Of a stretch of 64,000 nt of DNA, positions 38,132 through 48,766 are shown piece after piece. Both the position numbers and the translations under genes were made by a program. The stretch comes from an uncultured delta proteobacterium (GTDB lineage: Bacteria > Desulfobacterota > Binatia > Binatales > Binataceae): positions 441,068 to 505,067 of the forward strand of contig CAWBMF010000003.1 in the NCBI GenBank assembly GCA_963789835.1, in the 5' to 3' direction. The notes beneath the pieces are model-generated. The model saw only the letters and a list, made by a program, of their open reading frames with translations, made no database searches and was not told the origin of the DNA. The stretch's first letter is position 1, and each line of letters opens with the position of its first letter.

Positions 38132-38258
38132 TCGGCAGTGTATCTGCCGCTTGGTCAGCCGGTCAACATCGAAGGCGTAAAATGCGCGCGGGCGTGTGAA
38201 TGCGACGATCGCGCAGCCGCGCCTGCAATCGCTGCGCGGACGCGAATCAAATCTGAAA

Positions 38259-38448
38259 TTAGCCGGCGAGAATCCGGATGTTGCAGTCGCGATGCGCCTT
38301 GCCGAACTCGATGATTTCTTTTTCGAGCTTGGTCGCATCGGGTTTGGCGTCGGTGAGCATCAACTGCTTGGCGACGGCGTTGTCGACTCCGTCGGCTTCG
38401 ACATCAACGTTGTGATCGTCACAGATAATAAATGCCATCTGGTTAAAA
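38259..38448 (-). CDS. hypothetical small protein (62 aa)
   Basis: MAFIICDDHNVDVEADGVDNAVAKQLMLTDAKPDATKLEKEIIEFGKAHRDCNIRILAG. Sits inside a longer, implausible ORF. Weak call. Confidence 0.3.
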
Positions 38449-38565
38449 GCACCTCGAACGAACCAAACTATAAGATTTTTTCGCCGAATTGAACCGCACT
38501 CGCGAGACGCAATTTGTGCTAGTCGTGATTGAAAGACGAAAAGCGCAAACGCGGGAGTCGATGCA

Positions 38566-39723
38566 ATGAGCCTCAAGGGAAAAGCCGCGGCGATTGGAAT
38601 CGGAGAACTCAAACCGTTCAAGGAGCACGGCGACCTCACCGCGCTCGGCTTGATGGCGCGCGTGTCGGCCGAAGCGATCGCGGACGCGGGATTGGAGAAG
38701 AAAGACATCGACGGCTTCCTGGTCGGCGTGCCGTATTCCGATCCGGGCATGATTTACCCGGCCAGCGCGGCTGAGGTGCTGGGACTCAACACGCGGATGC
38801 TGAATCAGGTCGATATCGGCGGCGCCAGTGCCGCCGGAATGATCTGGCGCGCGGCCGCCGCGATCGACGCAGGTATGTGCAGCGCAGTGCTGTGCCTCGT
38901 CGCCGATCTGAACAAGGTCGGCGACCAGCGCCCGCCAGTCATCTCGGTGCAGCGCGAGTTCGAGGCGCCGTATGGAAATATCGGCGCGAACTGCGGCTAC
39001 GCGATGATCGCGCATCGCCATATGTACGAATACGGAACCACGGCGCGGCAGATGGCGAAGGTCGCGGTCGATCAGCGGACCAACGCGCTTAAGAATCCGC
39101 TGGCGACGTTCAACGACAAGCCGCTCACGATCGACGACGTGCTGAACTCGCGCATGATCGTCGACCCGCTGCATCTATATGAAATCGTCAGCCCGGTGAG
39201 CGGCGGCGCAGCGATAATCGTCGCGTCGCCCGAAGTGGCGAAGCGTTCCAAGAATCCGCCGATTTGGCTGCTGGGCGCGGGCGAGTACGCCAACCATTCG
39301 ACCATCACGTACGCGCCGTCGATCACCACCTCGCCGATCAAGGTCGCCGCCGAGAATGCTTTCAAGATGGCCGGCCTGCAGCCGAAAGACATGGACCTCG
39401 TGTGCCCGTACGACTGCTACACGATTACGGTGATCGTCACGCTCGAGGATGCGGGCTTCTGCAAGAAGGGGGAGGGCGGTCCGTTCGTGATGGAGCACGA
39501 CCTGACGTACGCGGGCGATTTTCCGTGCAACACGCACGGCGGGCAATTGTCGTTCGGCCAGCCGGGCCTGGCGGGCGGCATGAGTCACGTGACGGAAGGG
39601 ATAAGACAGTTGATGGGGCGCGGCGGCGAGCGCCAGGTCAAAAACGCGGCGCTCGGCTACGTCAACGGCAACGGCGGAATCATGAGCGAGCAGGCAAGTC
39701 TCATTCTGGAGCGCAAATCATGA
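38566..39723 (+). CDS. thiolase-like / SCP-x-type lipid-transfer protein (acetyl-CoA C-acyltransferase family)
   Basis: Thiolase-fold N-terminus KAAAIGIGELKPF...; catalytic-region C-terminus NTHGGQLSFGQPGLAGGMSHVTEGIRQLMGRGG. Confidence 0.7.
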   Translation: MSLKGKAAAIGIGELKPFKEHGDLTALGLMARVSAEAIADAGLEKKDIDGFLVGVPYSDPGMIYPASAAEVLGLNTRMLNQVDIGGASAAGMIWRAAAAIDAGMCSAVLCLVADLNKVGDQRPPVISVQREFEAPYGNIGANCGYAMIAHRHMYEYGTTARQMAKVAVDQRTNALKNPLATFNDKPLTIDDVLNSRMIVDPLHLYEIVSPVSGGAAIIVASPEVAKRSKNPPIWLLGAGEYANHSTITYAPSITTSPIKVAAENAFKMAGLQPKDMDLVCPYDCYTITVIVTLEDAGFCKKGEGGPFVMEHDLTYAGDFPCNTHGGQLSFGQPGLAGGMSHVTEGIRQLMGRGGERQVKNAALGYVNGNGGIMSEQASLILERKS

Positions 39724-40121
39724 GCGAGTACTACAAACCGCTTCCGAAGCCATCGCCAACCAGCCGCCCGTTTTGGGAGGCAGCGCGGCGCCACGAGTTG
39801 ACGATTCAGCGATGCGGCGCGTGCCGCGAGTACATCTACTATCCGCGTCCTCGATGCCCGAAATGCTTCTCGGACAACCTTGGTTGGGAGCGCATAAGCG
39901 GTCGCGGCAAGGTCTACAGCTATACCGTCGTGCGGCGAGCGTCGAGCCGCGCGTTTGCGGACGGGCCGTACGTGCTGGCGATCATCGAGCTGGCCGAGGG
40001 CCCGCGCATGACGAGCAATCTAGTCGCGCCGCCGGAGCAAGTGCGCGTCGAGATGCCAGTCCAGGTTTTCTTCGATGACGTGACGCCGGACTGCACGCTG
40101 GTGAAATTCAAGCCTGCGTGA
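39720..40121 (+). CDS. DUF35 OB-fold / Zn-ribbon protein (thiolase partner)
   Basis: MSEYYKPLPKPSPTSRPFWEAARRHELTIQRCGACREYIYYPRPRCPKCFSDNLGWERISGRGKVYSYTVV: CxxC...CxxC rubredoxin-like ribbon plus OB fold. ATGA overlap with the thiolase stop. Confidence 0.65.
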   Translation: MSEYYKPLPKPSPTSRPFWEAARRHELTIQRCGACREYIYYPRPRCPKCFSDNLGWERISGRGKVYSYTVVRRASSRAFADGPYVLAIIELAEGPRMTSNLVAPPEQVRVEMPVQVFFDDVTPDCTLVKFKPA

Positions 40122-40142
40122 TTGCGGCGAGCAAGTCGCAGT

Positions 40143-40820
40143 TCACGCCAGCAGGACTGCGACGATTCCCGTCAGAAAGATCCCGTCGAAGGTGCCGGCC
40201 CCGCCGATCGAGGCGACCGGTGCGCCGAGATCGCGCAGGTTGCGGAGGTTGAGCAGGTCGGCGCCGATCAGCGTGCCAATCACGCCGCTGATGAATGCGA
40301 CCGCGTCGCGATGATGCTCCGAAGAGCCGAGGAAGTAGCCGCATAGCGCGGCGACGATCGGCGGAATCAGCATCGGCGTCGCGATTCCCATCCCCGGCAC
40401 CGGCATCGCGAACCGATGAACGATCGCGGTTACGATCGCGACGCCGATAAGCGAAGGCACCACTATCGTCGGCATCTGCATCAGCAGGTAAATCGAGATG
40501 AGCACCGGAACGATCGCGCCGCCGACGTTTACTGCGAGGATGGTCGAGCCGGTGACGTAGCGCGTCGGCACCCGGTAGCGGACGCCGAAACTGCGAACTA
40601 TCTCGGCGGGATGCGGCTGGCCGGCCGCGACGCGCGTGATTGGAATATTGATGTAGCTGCCGACCAGGCTGACGAGCAGCGCCGTAAACGCCAGCTCGGG
40701 CGGCAGTCCGAGCGACACGAAAGCGTAATTGATGACGTGGATTTCGACCAGGATGAAAAAGAACGCGAGGACGAAGAAGAAGATTATTGCGTAGAAGGCG
40801 AGGAACGGTGCGAAGAACAC
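40143..40820 (-). CDS. DUF1614-like polytopic membrane protein
   Basis: Highly hydrophobic, ~7 TM segments. Translationally close to the upstream methyltransferase gene. Confidence 0.4.
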   Translation of the reverse strand: MFFAPFLAFYAIIFFFVLAFFFILVEIHVINYAFVSLGLPPELAFTALLVSLVGSYINIPITRVAAGQPHPAEIVRSFGVRYRVPTRYVTGSTILAVNVGGAIVPVLISIYLLMQMPTIVVPSLIGVAIVTAIVHRFAMPVPGMGIATPMLIPPIVAALCGYFLGSSEHHRDAVAFISGVIGTLIGADLLNLRNLRDLGAPVASIGGAGTFDGIFLTGIVAVLLA

Positions 40821-40829
40821 CGAGCTATC

Positions 40830-41402
40830 TTAGCTATGGCGCAAGCCCGGGAAAAACCGGCGGCGCGTGCCGAGGGCGTCGGCGTACCGCCCGCCCATCG
40901 CGCGTTCCTCGGCTGGAATTCGCACGGCGAGAATCAGCGCGTTGCCGATCGAGAATGCGATCGCCGTGAAAATCGCGCCGCCGATCATCGGCACGGCCGC
41001 GATCTCGATCACGACGGCGAGATAATTCGGATGACGCATGAAGCGATACGGGCCGTTGGTCGCGGGCGCGCGGTCGGGACTCACTATGATTCGCGTGTTC
41101 CATCGATCGCCGAGCGTCGCCACCGCCCAGTAGCGCAGCGCTTGCGCGACGAGTTCAGCCGCCAACGCGATCCACGCGACCGCCGGTGGAAACGCGCGCG
41201 GGAAAAACGTCGCCTCGACGGCGCACGACACGATGAACAGCGTGTGGAACGCGACCATTACGCGGTAATGCACCTGGCCGACTTCGACCGCGCCATGCTG
41301 GAATGCGCGACGAGCGTTGCGCCGCGCGCGATCGAGCTCGAACACGCGCTCGACGATCAGCAGCGCAAGGATGATCAGATACGTGCGGAGCGAGATGAAC
41401 AC
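40830..41402 (-). CDS. isoprenylcysteine carboxyl methyltransferase (ICMT)-family membrane methyltransferase
   Basis: RHPNYLAVVIEIAAVPMIGGA motif plus a C-terminal EERAM element. 4-5 TM helices. Confidence 0.65.
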   Translation of the reverse strand: MFISLRTYLIILALLIVERVFELDRARRNARRAFQHGAVEVGQVHYRVMVAFHTLFIVSCAVEATFFPRAFPPAVAWIALAAELVAQALRYWAVATLGDRWNTRIIVSPDRAPATNGPYRFMRHPNYLAVVIEIAAVPMIGGAIFTAIAFSIGNALILAVRIPAEERAMGGRYADALGTRRRFFPGLRHS

Positions 41403-41412
41403 GTCAGCGAAA

Positions 41413-42480
41413 TTACCACTTCAACAGTACGAGCTCGACCGAGAATCCCGGACCCATCCCGACGATGAGGCCGTAGTCGCCGGGCGCTGCTTCGTGGTCC
41501 TCGAGCAAATCGTCGAGGATGAACATCACGGAGGCCGACGAAAGATTTCCCACCGATCGCAGCGAGTCCCACGAGCGTGCCAGCGCCGCCTCGGGCAGCT
41601 CGAGCGCGCCTTCGAGAGTTTCGAGCACCTTGGGGCCGCCCGCGTGCGCGATCCAGTGCTTGATATCCGAGCGGTCGATATTTTGCGTCGCGAGGAATGA
41701 ATCAACTTCGTCGAGGATGTTGGCGCGCACGAGGTCGGTAAGCTTCGACGACAGCACGATCTTGAATCCGCTGTCGACTATCTCCCAGCCGAGAATTTCT
41801 TCGGTGTTGGGGAACACGAGCGAACGCGTCGCCTGTACCTGCGGACCGTCCTCCGCACTCGCATTGCCGCCGATCAGCATCGCGGCCGCGCCGTCGCCAA
41901 AAAGACCGGACGCTATAATGTTGGCAATCGACAGATCTTCGCGCTGCAGCGTCAGCGAGCACAGCTCGACCGACAGCAGCATCGCAACCTCCCCCGGATA
42001 CGCGCGAATGTAGTCGGCGGCGCGCGCAGTCCCGGCCGCTCCCGCCACGCATCCGAGCCCGAATATTGGTGTGCGCTTGATTTCCTTGCGCATCCCGAGC
42101 GCGCTGATGACGCGAGTGTCGATGCTCGGAACGGCGATGCCGGTCACGGTGACGAAGAACAAATGATCGACGTCGCGCGGCTTCAGCCCTGCGCGTTCGA
42201 GCGCAATCTCAGCGGCCGCCGTGCCGACCTCGGGCGCAACTCGCAGCCACGCGTCGTTGGCCTTGGCGAACGTGTCGAGCGGGATGTATTCCTCGATCGG
42301 CAGCGCAAGATGACGCCCGGTGATTCCGAGCGCGCCCTGGATTTTGTCGAAGCGGCGCATATCCGACCATCGCCGCTCCCATAACTCGCGGAGCCGCGAA
42401 GTCAGCTGTTCCTGATTGACGTAATTACCAGGTAGCGCGGTGCCGGTTCCGATCACTCGGGGTGAATCGTTGCTTATCAC
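41413..42480 (-). CDS. type III polyketide synthase (chalcone/stilbene-synthase-like)
   Basis: Catalytic Cys context GLGCVAGAAGTARAADYIRA. C-terminal HAGGPKVLE...GMGPGFSVELVLLKW (His/Asn region). Confidence 0.7.
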   Translation of the reverse strand: MISNDSPRVIGTGTALPGNYVNQEQLTSRLRELWERRWSDMRRFDKIQGALGITGRHLALPIEEYIPLDTFAKANDAWLRVAPEVGTAAAEIALERAGLKPRDVDHLFFVTVTGIAVPSIDTRVISALGMRKEIKRTPIFGLGCVAGAAGTARAADYIRAYPGEVAMLLSVELCSLTLQREDLSIANIIASGLFGDGAAAMLIGGNASAEDGPQVQATRSLVFPNTEEILGWEIVDSGFKIVLSSKLTDLVRANILDEVDSFLATQNIDRSDIKHWIAHAGGPKVLETLEGALELPEAALARSWDSLRSVGNLSSASVMFILDDLLEDHEAAPGDYGLIVGMGPGFSVELVLLKW

Positions 42481-42685
42481 TTATAATCGCGTAGCGCCCG
42501 AGTCGCGGGACCCTTGCGATATCGCTGCCTCTCCTTCTCCGCCCGGCGAACCTACACGATCCATCGAGCAAGAGCTATGCAGTCAGTCTTGGTTCGGGGG
42601 CGGGCGTGTTTCACGCTATCAACAGCGCGACTACTATTATTACGCTCTTGTGCCCCACGTTACATCCGTTAAGATCACCCCAATT

Positions 42686-43258
42686 ATGAAATCTGAAGAG
42701 CGCCGCGAGCTGCTGGCGATGCTCGCCCGGGAGTCGTATTTCGAGCGACAACTCACGCTTTCCTCCGGGCGCGCGTCCAATTACTACCTCGATTGTAAAC
42801 GCACGCTGTACCTGCCACGTGGTGCGTACCTCGCCGGAGAGTTAGTGCTTGAGCTCGTAAAGGCGGCCGGCGTCGAGCAACTCGGCGGCATGGCGGCCGG
42901 AGCGCTGCCGGTGACTGACGCGGTGATGGCCGCGGCGCATCGTGGCGGCGTCGAGATCCGCGGATTTTTCGTGCGCAAGGAAACCAAGCAGCACGGCCTG
43001 CAGCAAATGATCGAAGGCGCTTTCAAGCCGGGGCTCAAGACCGCCGTGATTGACGACACCAACACGACCGGCGGATCGAGCTTGCAGGCTGTCGCCGCGA
43101 TGCGCGAGGCAGGTGCGAATGTGGTCGCGGCAATCACGCTGGTGGAGCGCGGTGAAGGCGCGGCCGAAGCGTTCGCGCGCGAGGGACTGAAGTACAGCTG
43201 GGTGTTTACCGCAGACGAAGTGCGCGCCGAACGCGCCGCACATCCCGTCGCCGGCTGA
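42686..43258 (+). CDS. pyrE: orotate phosphoribosyltransferase
   Basis: PRPP-binding motif TAVIDDTNTTGGSSLQAV. MKSEERRELLAML... start with an upstream RBS region. Confidence 0.7.
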   Translation: MKSEERRELLAMLARESYFERQLTLSSGRASNYYLDCKRTLYLPRGAYLAGELVLELVKAAGVEQLGGMAAGALPVTDAVMAAAHRGGVEIRGFFVRKETKQHGLQQMIEGAFKPGLKTAVIDDTNTTGGSSLQAVAAMREAGANVVAAITLVERGEGAAEAFAREGLKYSWVFTADEVRAERAAHPVAG

Positions 43259-44134
43259 ATGCCTTCGGCAACTTCTCGCGACATCGCGGTCGCGGCGATT
43301 TTCGGCGACCCCGTCGCACATTCCAAGTCGCCCGCGATGCACAACGCCGCCTATGCGGCGCTCGGCATGAACCGAACCTACGCCGCGTTTCGCGTCATGC
43401 CGGCGAATCTTGCGGCGGCGCTTCGCGCGATTGTTCCGCTCGGAATCGTCGGCGTAAATCTGACGGTTCCGCACAAGGAAGCCGCGGCCCGCTACATCAA
43501 GGATCTGAGCGGCGAGGCGCGGATGCTCGGCGCCGTCAATTGCGTCGTCAATCGGCGCGGTGCGCTCCGCGGCGACAATACCGATGCGCTCGGCCTCGAG
43601 CGCGACTTGCGCGATCTCGAATGCGATCTGCGCGGACGGCTCGCGATCGTGATCGGTGCCGGCGGCGGCGCCGCATCGTCGGTGCTTGCCTGCAAGCGGC
43701 TGGGCGCGAGCCAGGTAGTGATCGTAAATCGTACGCCTGCTCGCGCGGCTGCCCTCGCGCGGCGTCTTTCGGCGAAGGGCATGAGGCGCGCGGCCGGTGA
43801 ACCTCGCGGCCTCGACGCGCTGATGGACTCGGCGCTGCTCGCCGACGCCGGATTGATCGTCAACGCAACCTCGATGGGCCTGACGACGGGACACTTCGCG
43901 CGCCTCGACTACCACTCAACCGCCGCCGACTGTTTTTTTTACGACCTGATTTATGCGCCCGAGCCGACCGCGTTCATGAAGCCCGCGCTTGCCGCCGGCC
44001 GGCGCGCTGCAGACGGCGCCGGGATGCTCGTGAACCAGGGCGAGCTCGCCTTCAAACTGTTCAATCGAGTCGCGCCGCCGGCCGGCGTGATGCGCGCGGC
44101 TTTGCTCAACTCGCTGGGCCGGGTAGAAAGTTAG
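43259..44134 (+). CDS. aroE: shikimate dehydrogenase
   Basis: GDPVAHSKSPAMHNAAYAALG, VNLTVPHKEAA, and the Rossmann motif VIGAGGGAASSV. Confidence 0.75.
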   Translation: MPSATSRDIAVAAIFGDPVAHSKSPAMHNAAYAALGMNRTYAAFRVMPANLAAALRAIVPLGIVGVNLTVPHKEAAARYIKDLSGEARMLGAVNCVVNRRGALRGDNTDALGLERDLRDLECDLRGRLAIVIGAGGGAASSVLACKRLGASQVVIVNRTPARAAALARRLSAKGMRRAAGEPRGLDALMDSALLADAGLIVNATSMGLTTGHFARLDYHSTAADCFFYDLIYAPEPTAFMKPALAAGRRAADGAGMLVNQGELAFKLFNRVAPPAGVMRAALLNSLGRVES

Positions 44135-44153
44135 TTGACCGGAGGTTTCCACT

Positions 44154-44564
44154 ATGGGCGCAGGAGTCGATCACATAATCGTCAACGTCAATGACTATCC
44201 GGCGGCGAAAAAGTTCTACGCATGGCTGATGCCGCAAATCGGCTATCCGAAGGCGATGTCCTACGATCAGGCGCAGACCGACGTCACCACCGGTTACTTC
44301 GGCGACCATGGCTCGTTGTGGATTCGGCCGTCCGATCCGGAATTCCGCGGCGACACGTTCCATCGCCATCGCGTAGGTCTGTGCGAGATTGCGTTTGCCG
44401 CCGAGAGCCGTCAGCAGATTGACGATCTGGCGACGAAGATTTCGACCAACGGCGGCAAGGTCACCGACCCGCCGAAAGAGTACGACTATCTGCCGGGTTA
44501 CTACGCGGTGTTCTTCACCGATCCCGACGGGCTGAAGCTGGAGTTGGTGCACGTCCCGCGCTGA
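44154..44564 (+). CDS. VOC/glyoxalase-family protein
   Basis: GVDHIIVNVNDYPAAKKFYAWLM...GLCEIAFAAES...YAVFFTDPDGLKLELV. Confidence 0.6.
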   Translation: MGAGVDHIIVNVNDYPAAKKFYAWLMPQIGYPKAMSYDQAQTDVTTGYFGDHGSLWIRPSDPEFRGDTFHRHRVGLCEIAFAAESRQQIDDLATKISTNGGKVTDPPKEYDYLPGYYAVFFTDPDGLKLELVHVPR

Positions 44565-44579
44565 GTGGCGCGGAATTGC

Positions 44580-44786
44580 TTAGACTAGTGCGGTGAATGC
44601 GCGCCGCGCCATCAGCAAGCCGGCCGGCGCGAGCAGTTCCGGTTGCAGGATAATCACCGCCGCGACTGCCACCAGGCCCGCCGCGATCAACAGGTCGCGC
44701 TTGTCGACGTGAAAGGTCCAGCGCTCGCAATCATCGCAGTAGCTCGCTCGAAATCTTCCGCTGCTTTCGCACGAATTGCAGGCCAT
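44580..44786 (-). CDS. hypothetical small zinc-ribbon membrane protein
   Basis: MACNSCESSGRFRASYCDDCERW (CxxC...CxxC), then TM segment LIAAGLVAVAAVIIL. Confidence 0.3.
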   Translation of the reverse strand: MACNSCESSGRFRASYCDDCERWTFHVDKRDLLIAAGLVAVAAVIILQPELLAPAGLLMARRAFTALV

Positions 44787-44818
44787 GGCTTGAGCTCCTT
44801 CGCGATTGAGGCGTCGCA

Positions 44819-45955
44819 TTAGCCGAACATCTCCTTGAGCTTGTCGACGAAGCCCTTGGAGAGCGGATGGTTGACGGCTTTGCCGTCGAGCTTGGCAAAT
44901 TCCTCGAGCAGCTCGCGCTGGCGCGCCGTCAGGCTGCGCGGCGTCTCGACGATCACCTTGATTAGCTGGTCGCCTTTTCCGTAGCCGTGAAGATCGACGA
45001 TGCCCTTGCCCTTGAGGCGCAGAATCTTGCCCGACTGCGTGGCGGCCGGAATCTTCAGCTTCACTTTGCCTTCGAGCGTCGGCACTTCAATCTCGGTGCC
45101 GACCGCCGCCTGCGGGAAACTGATCGGCGCTTCGATTATCACGTCGTTGTCCTGGCGCACGAACATCTCGTGCTCCTTGACGTGGATGACGACGTAGAGA
45201 TCGCCCTGCGGCCCGCCGCCGTAGCCGGCCTCGCCCTCGCTGCGCAGCTTGAGGCGCGATCCATTGTCGACGCCCGGCGGAATTTTCACGGCGAGCGATT
45301 CATGCTTGCGGATTCGCCCCTGTCCCTGGCACTTGGGGCACGGGTCGGAAATGATCATGCCTTCGCCGCGGCATTGCCCGCAGGTCGTCGAGATCGAAAA
45401 AAATCCCTGCTGCGTGCGCACCTGGCCGCTGCCGCGGCAATTGGGGCACTGGCGTGCGCCGCTGGAGCCGCCGCGCGCGCGCGTGCCGTTGCACGACTCG
45501 CATTGCGTGAGGCGCTGGAACTTTACGACTCGCTCGACTCCGCGCGCCGCTTCTTCGAATTCGATTTCCAGATCGTAGCGCAGGTCGTCGCCGCGCCGGG
45601 TGCGCGAGCGCGAACGTCCGCGGCCGGTGCCGAAGAAATCGCCGAAGATGTCGGAGAAAACTTCCTCGAAGCCCTGGCTGAAGTCGAAGCCCCCGAATCC
45701 GCCCGGACCGCCCTGCGGTCCCTGGAAGGCCGCGTGACCGAAGCGATCGTACTGCGCGCGCCGCTCGGGATCGGACAGAACCTGGTAAGCCTCGTTGAGT
45801 TCCTTGAATCGCTCCTCGGCTTCCTTGTTGCCGGGATTGCGATCGGGATGACACTGAATGGCGAGCGTGCGGTAGGCCTTCTTCAGCTCTACTTCGCTGG
45901 CTCCCCGATTGACACCGAGAATTTCGTAGTAATCTCGCTTATTGGCTGGCGGCAT
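44819..45955 (-). CDS. dnaJ: chaperone DnaJ
   Basis: J-domain YYEILGV...HPDRNP, G/F-rich region, four CxxCxGxG zinc-finger repeats. Confidence 0.92.
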   Translation of the reverse strand: MPPANKRDYYEILGVNRGASEVELKKAYRTLAIQCHPDRNPGNKEAEERFKELNEAYQVLSDPERRAQYDRFGHAAFQGPQGGPGGFGGFDFSQGFEEVFSDIFGDFFGTGRGRSRSRTRRGDDLRYDLEIEFEEAARGVERVVKFQRLTQCESCNGTRARGGSSGARQCPNCRGSGQVRTQQGFFSISTTCGQCRGEGMIISDPCPKCQGQGRIRKHESLAVKIPPGVDNGSRLKLRSEGEAGYGGGPQGDLYVVIHVKEHEMFVRQDNDVIIEAPISFPQAAVGTEIEVPTLEGKVKLKIPAATQSGKILRLKGKGIVDLHGYGKGDQLIKVIVETPRSLTARQRELLEEFAKLDGKAVNHPLSKGFVDKLKEMFG

Positions 45956-46040
45956 CGCGCAAAAATTCTATGCCATCATCAGTGGCGACGCCATTGGCGT
46001 GTTGAAAAGAAAGGGGCCGCTTGCGCGGCCCCGCCAATCG

Positions 46041-47984
46041 CTACTGATCTTTGACTTCTTTGTAGTCCGCATCGACTACGTCTTCTTTCGCTCCGCTTTC
46101 GCCGTTACCGCTCTGAGAGCCACTCTGCGCGCCTGCGCTATCCTGCGGCCCGGCTCCCGCTTGCGGTCCCGCTCCAGCTTTGGTCTTGCTGTACATCGCT
46201 TCGGCCAGCTTGTGCGACGCGTTCTGCAACGCCTCGGCCGCGCGATTGATCTCGTCGGCGTCCTTGGACTCGAGCTTGGTCCTCGCTTCCGCCAGCGCGT
46301 CCTCGACCTGCTTGCGCCCGGCTTCGTCGATTTCGGCGCCATGATCCTTCAGCGTCTTCTCGGTCGTGTAGATCAGGTTGTCGAGCTTGTTGCGCGCCTC
46401 GGCCTGCTGACGGCGGGCATGGTCGTCGGCGGCATGCGCCTCGGCCTCGCGCACCATCTTCTTGATCTCTTCCTCGTTGAGTCCCGACGACGCCGTAATC
46501 TTGATCGACTGCTCCTTGTTGGTGCCCAGGTCCTTGGCGTGCACGTTCACGATTCCGTTCGCGTCGATATCGAACGTGACCTCGACCTGCGGCATCCCGC
46601 GCGGAGCCGGTGGAATTCCAATCAAGTCGAACTGGCCGAGCAGCTTGTTGTCCGACGCCATCTCACGCTCGCCCTGGAAGACGCGAATCGTGACCGCCGT
46701 CTGATTATCCTGCGCGGTCGAGAAGGTCTGGCTCTTGCGCGTCGGAATGGTCGTGTTCTTTTCGATCAGCTTGGTAAACACGCCGCCCAGCGTTTCGATT
46801 CCGAGCGAGAGCGGAGTCACGTCGAGCAGCAGTACGTCTTTGACTTCGCCCTTGAGCACGCCCGCCTGGATAGCCGCGCCAATCGCGACGACTTCATCCG
46901 GGTTGACGCCCTTGTGTCCTTCCTTGCCGAACAGGCGCTTCACGCGCTCCTGCACGGCGGGCATGCGGGTCATGCCTCCGACCAGCACGATCTCGTTGAT
47001 CTCGCTGGCCTTCAGGCCCGCATCGCGCAGCGCAGTGACGCATGGCGCGTCGAGCCGATCGAGCAGGTCGCCGCACAGCGCTTCGAGCTTGGCGCGCGAC
47101 AGCTTCATATTAAGATGCTTGGGGCCAGACTGATCGGCGGTGATGAACGGCAGATTGATATCCGTCTCGGTCACGGTCGACAGCTCGGTCTTGGCCTTCT
47201 CGGCCGCTTCCTTGAGCCGCTGCAGCGCCATCCGATCTTTGCGCAGATCGATCCCCTGGTCCTTGCGGAATTCGTCGGCCAGGTAGTCCATGATGCGCTG
47301 ATCGAAATCCTCGCCGCCGAGGAAGGTGTCGCCGTTGGTCGCCTTGACCTCGAACACGCCTTCGCCCAGCTCGAGAATCGAAATATCGAAAGTGCCGCCG
47401 CCGAGATCGAAGACCGCGATCTTTTCGTCCTTCTTCTTGTCGAGGCCGTACGCCAGCGATGCGGCCGTCGGCTCGTTGATAATTCGCAGCACGTTCAAGC
47501 CCGCGATCCGGCCGGCGTCCTTGGTCGCTTGCCGCTGGCTGTCGTTGAAGTACGCGGGCACGGTGATAACGGCCTCGGTGACTTTCTCGCCGAGGTAGTC
47601 CTCCGCCGTCTGCTTCATCTTCTGCAGAATGAACGCGGAAATTTCCGGCGGGCTGTATTTCTTGCCGCGGATTTCGACCCACGCCGCGCCGTCGTCGTTC
47701 TTCACGACTTTGTACGGCAGCACCTTGAGCGCCTTCTGAACTTCGGCGTCATCGTAACGCCGGCCCATCAGGCGCTTGATCGCAAAAACTGTGTTGGTTG
47801 GATTGGTGATCGACTGGCGCTTGGCGATCTGACCGACCAGCCGCTCGCCTGCCTCCGTGAATGCGACAACCGACGGTGTCGTGCGACTGCCTTCGGAGTT
47901 GGCGATAACTACCGGGTCGCCGCCCTCCATGATCGCGACGCAACTGTTGGTCGTGCCCAGATCGATACCGATTACTTTTGCCAT
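46041..47984 (-). CDS. dnaK: chaperone DnaK (Hsp70)
   Basis: [25 protein letters not shown], and the full-length Hsp70 pattern. Confidence 0.95.
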   Translation of the reverse strand: MAKVIGIDLGTTNSCVAIMEGGDPVVIANSEGSRTTPSVVAFTEAGERLVGQIAKRQSITNPTNTVFAIKRLMGRRYDDAEVQKALKVLPYKVVKNDDGAAWVEIRGKKYSPPEISAFILQKMKQTAEDYLGEKVTEAVITVPAYFNDSQRQATKDAGRIAGLNVLRIINEPTAASLAYGLDKKKDEKIAVFDLGGGTFDISILELGEGVFEVKATNGDTFLGGEDFDQRIMDYLADEFRKDQGIDLRKDRMALQRLKEAAEKAKTELSTVTETDINLPFITADQSGPKHLNMKLSRAKLEALCGDLLDRLDAPCVTALRDAGLKASEINEIVLVGGMTRMPAVQERVKRLFGKEGHKGVNPDEVVAIGAAIQAGVLKGEVKDVLLLDVTPLSLGIETLGGVFTKLIEKNTTIPTRKSQTFSTAQDNQTAVTIRVFQGEREMASDNKLLGQFDLIGIPPAPRGMPQVEVTFDIDANGIVNVHAKDLGTNKEQSIKITASSGLNEEEIKKMVREAEAHAADDHARRQQAEARNKLDNLIYTTEKTLKDHGAEIDEAGRKQVEDALAEARTKLESKDADEINRAAEALQNASHKLAEAMYSKTKAGAGPQAGAGPQDSAGAQSGSQSGNGESGAKEDVVDADYKEVKDQ

Positions 47985-48034
47985 GTTTCTAAAGGTCCCC
48001 TGATATAGAGCTTAAGATAAGAAATAATCACGCT

Positions 48035-48607
48035 TCAGTTGTTTTCAACATCCGAAGCATCATTTTCGCCCCCGTTTCGCTTTCCAGAATTAGCGCCCTT
48101 TGCAACTGACACTCGCGCCGGCCGCAGGACCCGGTCACCAATCAGGTAGCCGCGATGGAACTCATCGACCACCGTGTTCGGCGGATGCGTCTGCGAGGCC
48201 ACGTGATCGACCGCCTCATGCCGATTTGGATCGAAGGCCTGCCCGACCGACTGCACCGGAGTCACGCCCTGCGCGCGCAGGAAATCTATGAGCGCCCGCA
48301 CCGTCATCTCGACGCCGTCGACTATCGTCTTCGCGTCGGTGCCCTCGCGGCTAGCCGCCAGCGCACGCTCGAGGTTGTCGATAATCGGCAGCAGGTCGCG
48401 GAGAATCGCCTCGCGCTGAATACGCACGGATTCCTCGCTCTGCTGACGGACGCGCTTGCGCGCATTTTCAGTGTCGGCGAGCGTGCGAAGGTACTTGTCC
48501 TTCAGCTCGGCGATTTCTTTGTCTTTTTCGGCCAGCTGCGCCCGCAAGGCGTCAAGCTCGGCGCCCGCAGCCTTCCGTTCCAGCCTCGGCCTGATCGAAG
48601 TCACCAT
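48035..48607 (-). CDS. grpE: nucleotide exchange factor GrpE
   Basis: Coiled-coil N-terminus, then LRTLADTENARKRV...LLPIIDNLERAL. Confidence 0.85.
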   Translation of the reverse strand: MVTSIRPRLERKAAGAELDALRAQLAEKDKEIAELKDKYLRTLADTENARKRVRQQSEESVRIQREAILRDLLPIIDNLERALAASREGTDAKTIVDGVEMTVRALIDFLRAQGVTPVQSVGQAFDPNRHEAVDHVASQTHPPNTVVDEFHRGYLIGDRVLRPARVSVAKGANSGKRNGGENDASDVENN

Positions 48608-48766
48608 CCATACCGGGATTCCCGTCCTGAGGATGCTTGTGTCGCTTGTTCATTTTAACGAACCGAACCGAGCATAAATGTAAGCATCATTTATGACCAT
48701 GCCACTGCCGGCAGGGCGGAATCGTTGGTTATTTTTCGGATTTCGGGTCGGAAGGGGCTTGCGCGC

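Noticed and set aside
39264-40121. 285-aa ORF as given in the track
   Set aside because: Its first ~150 codons are an out-of-frame read through the thiolase gene. Only the MSEYYKP… portion from 39720 is a coherent DUF35 protein.
44987-48008. Plus-strand ORFs of 355 and 688 aa
   Set aside because: Antisense to dnaJ and dnaK. Arg/Ala/Leu-rich low-complexity translation with no recognisable motifs.
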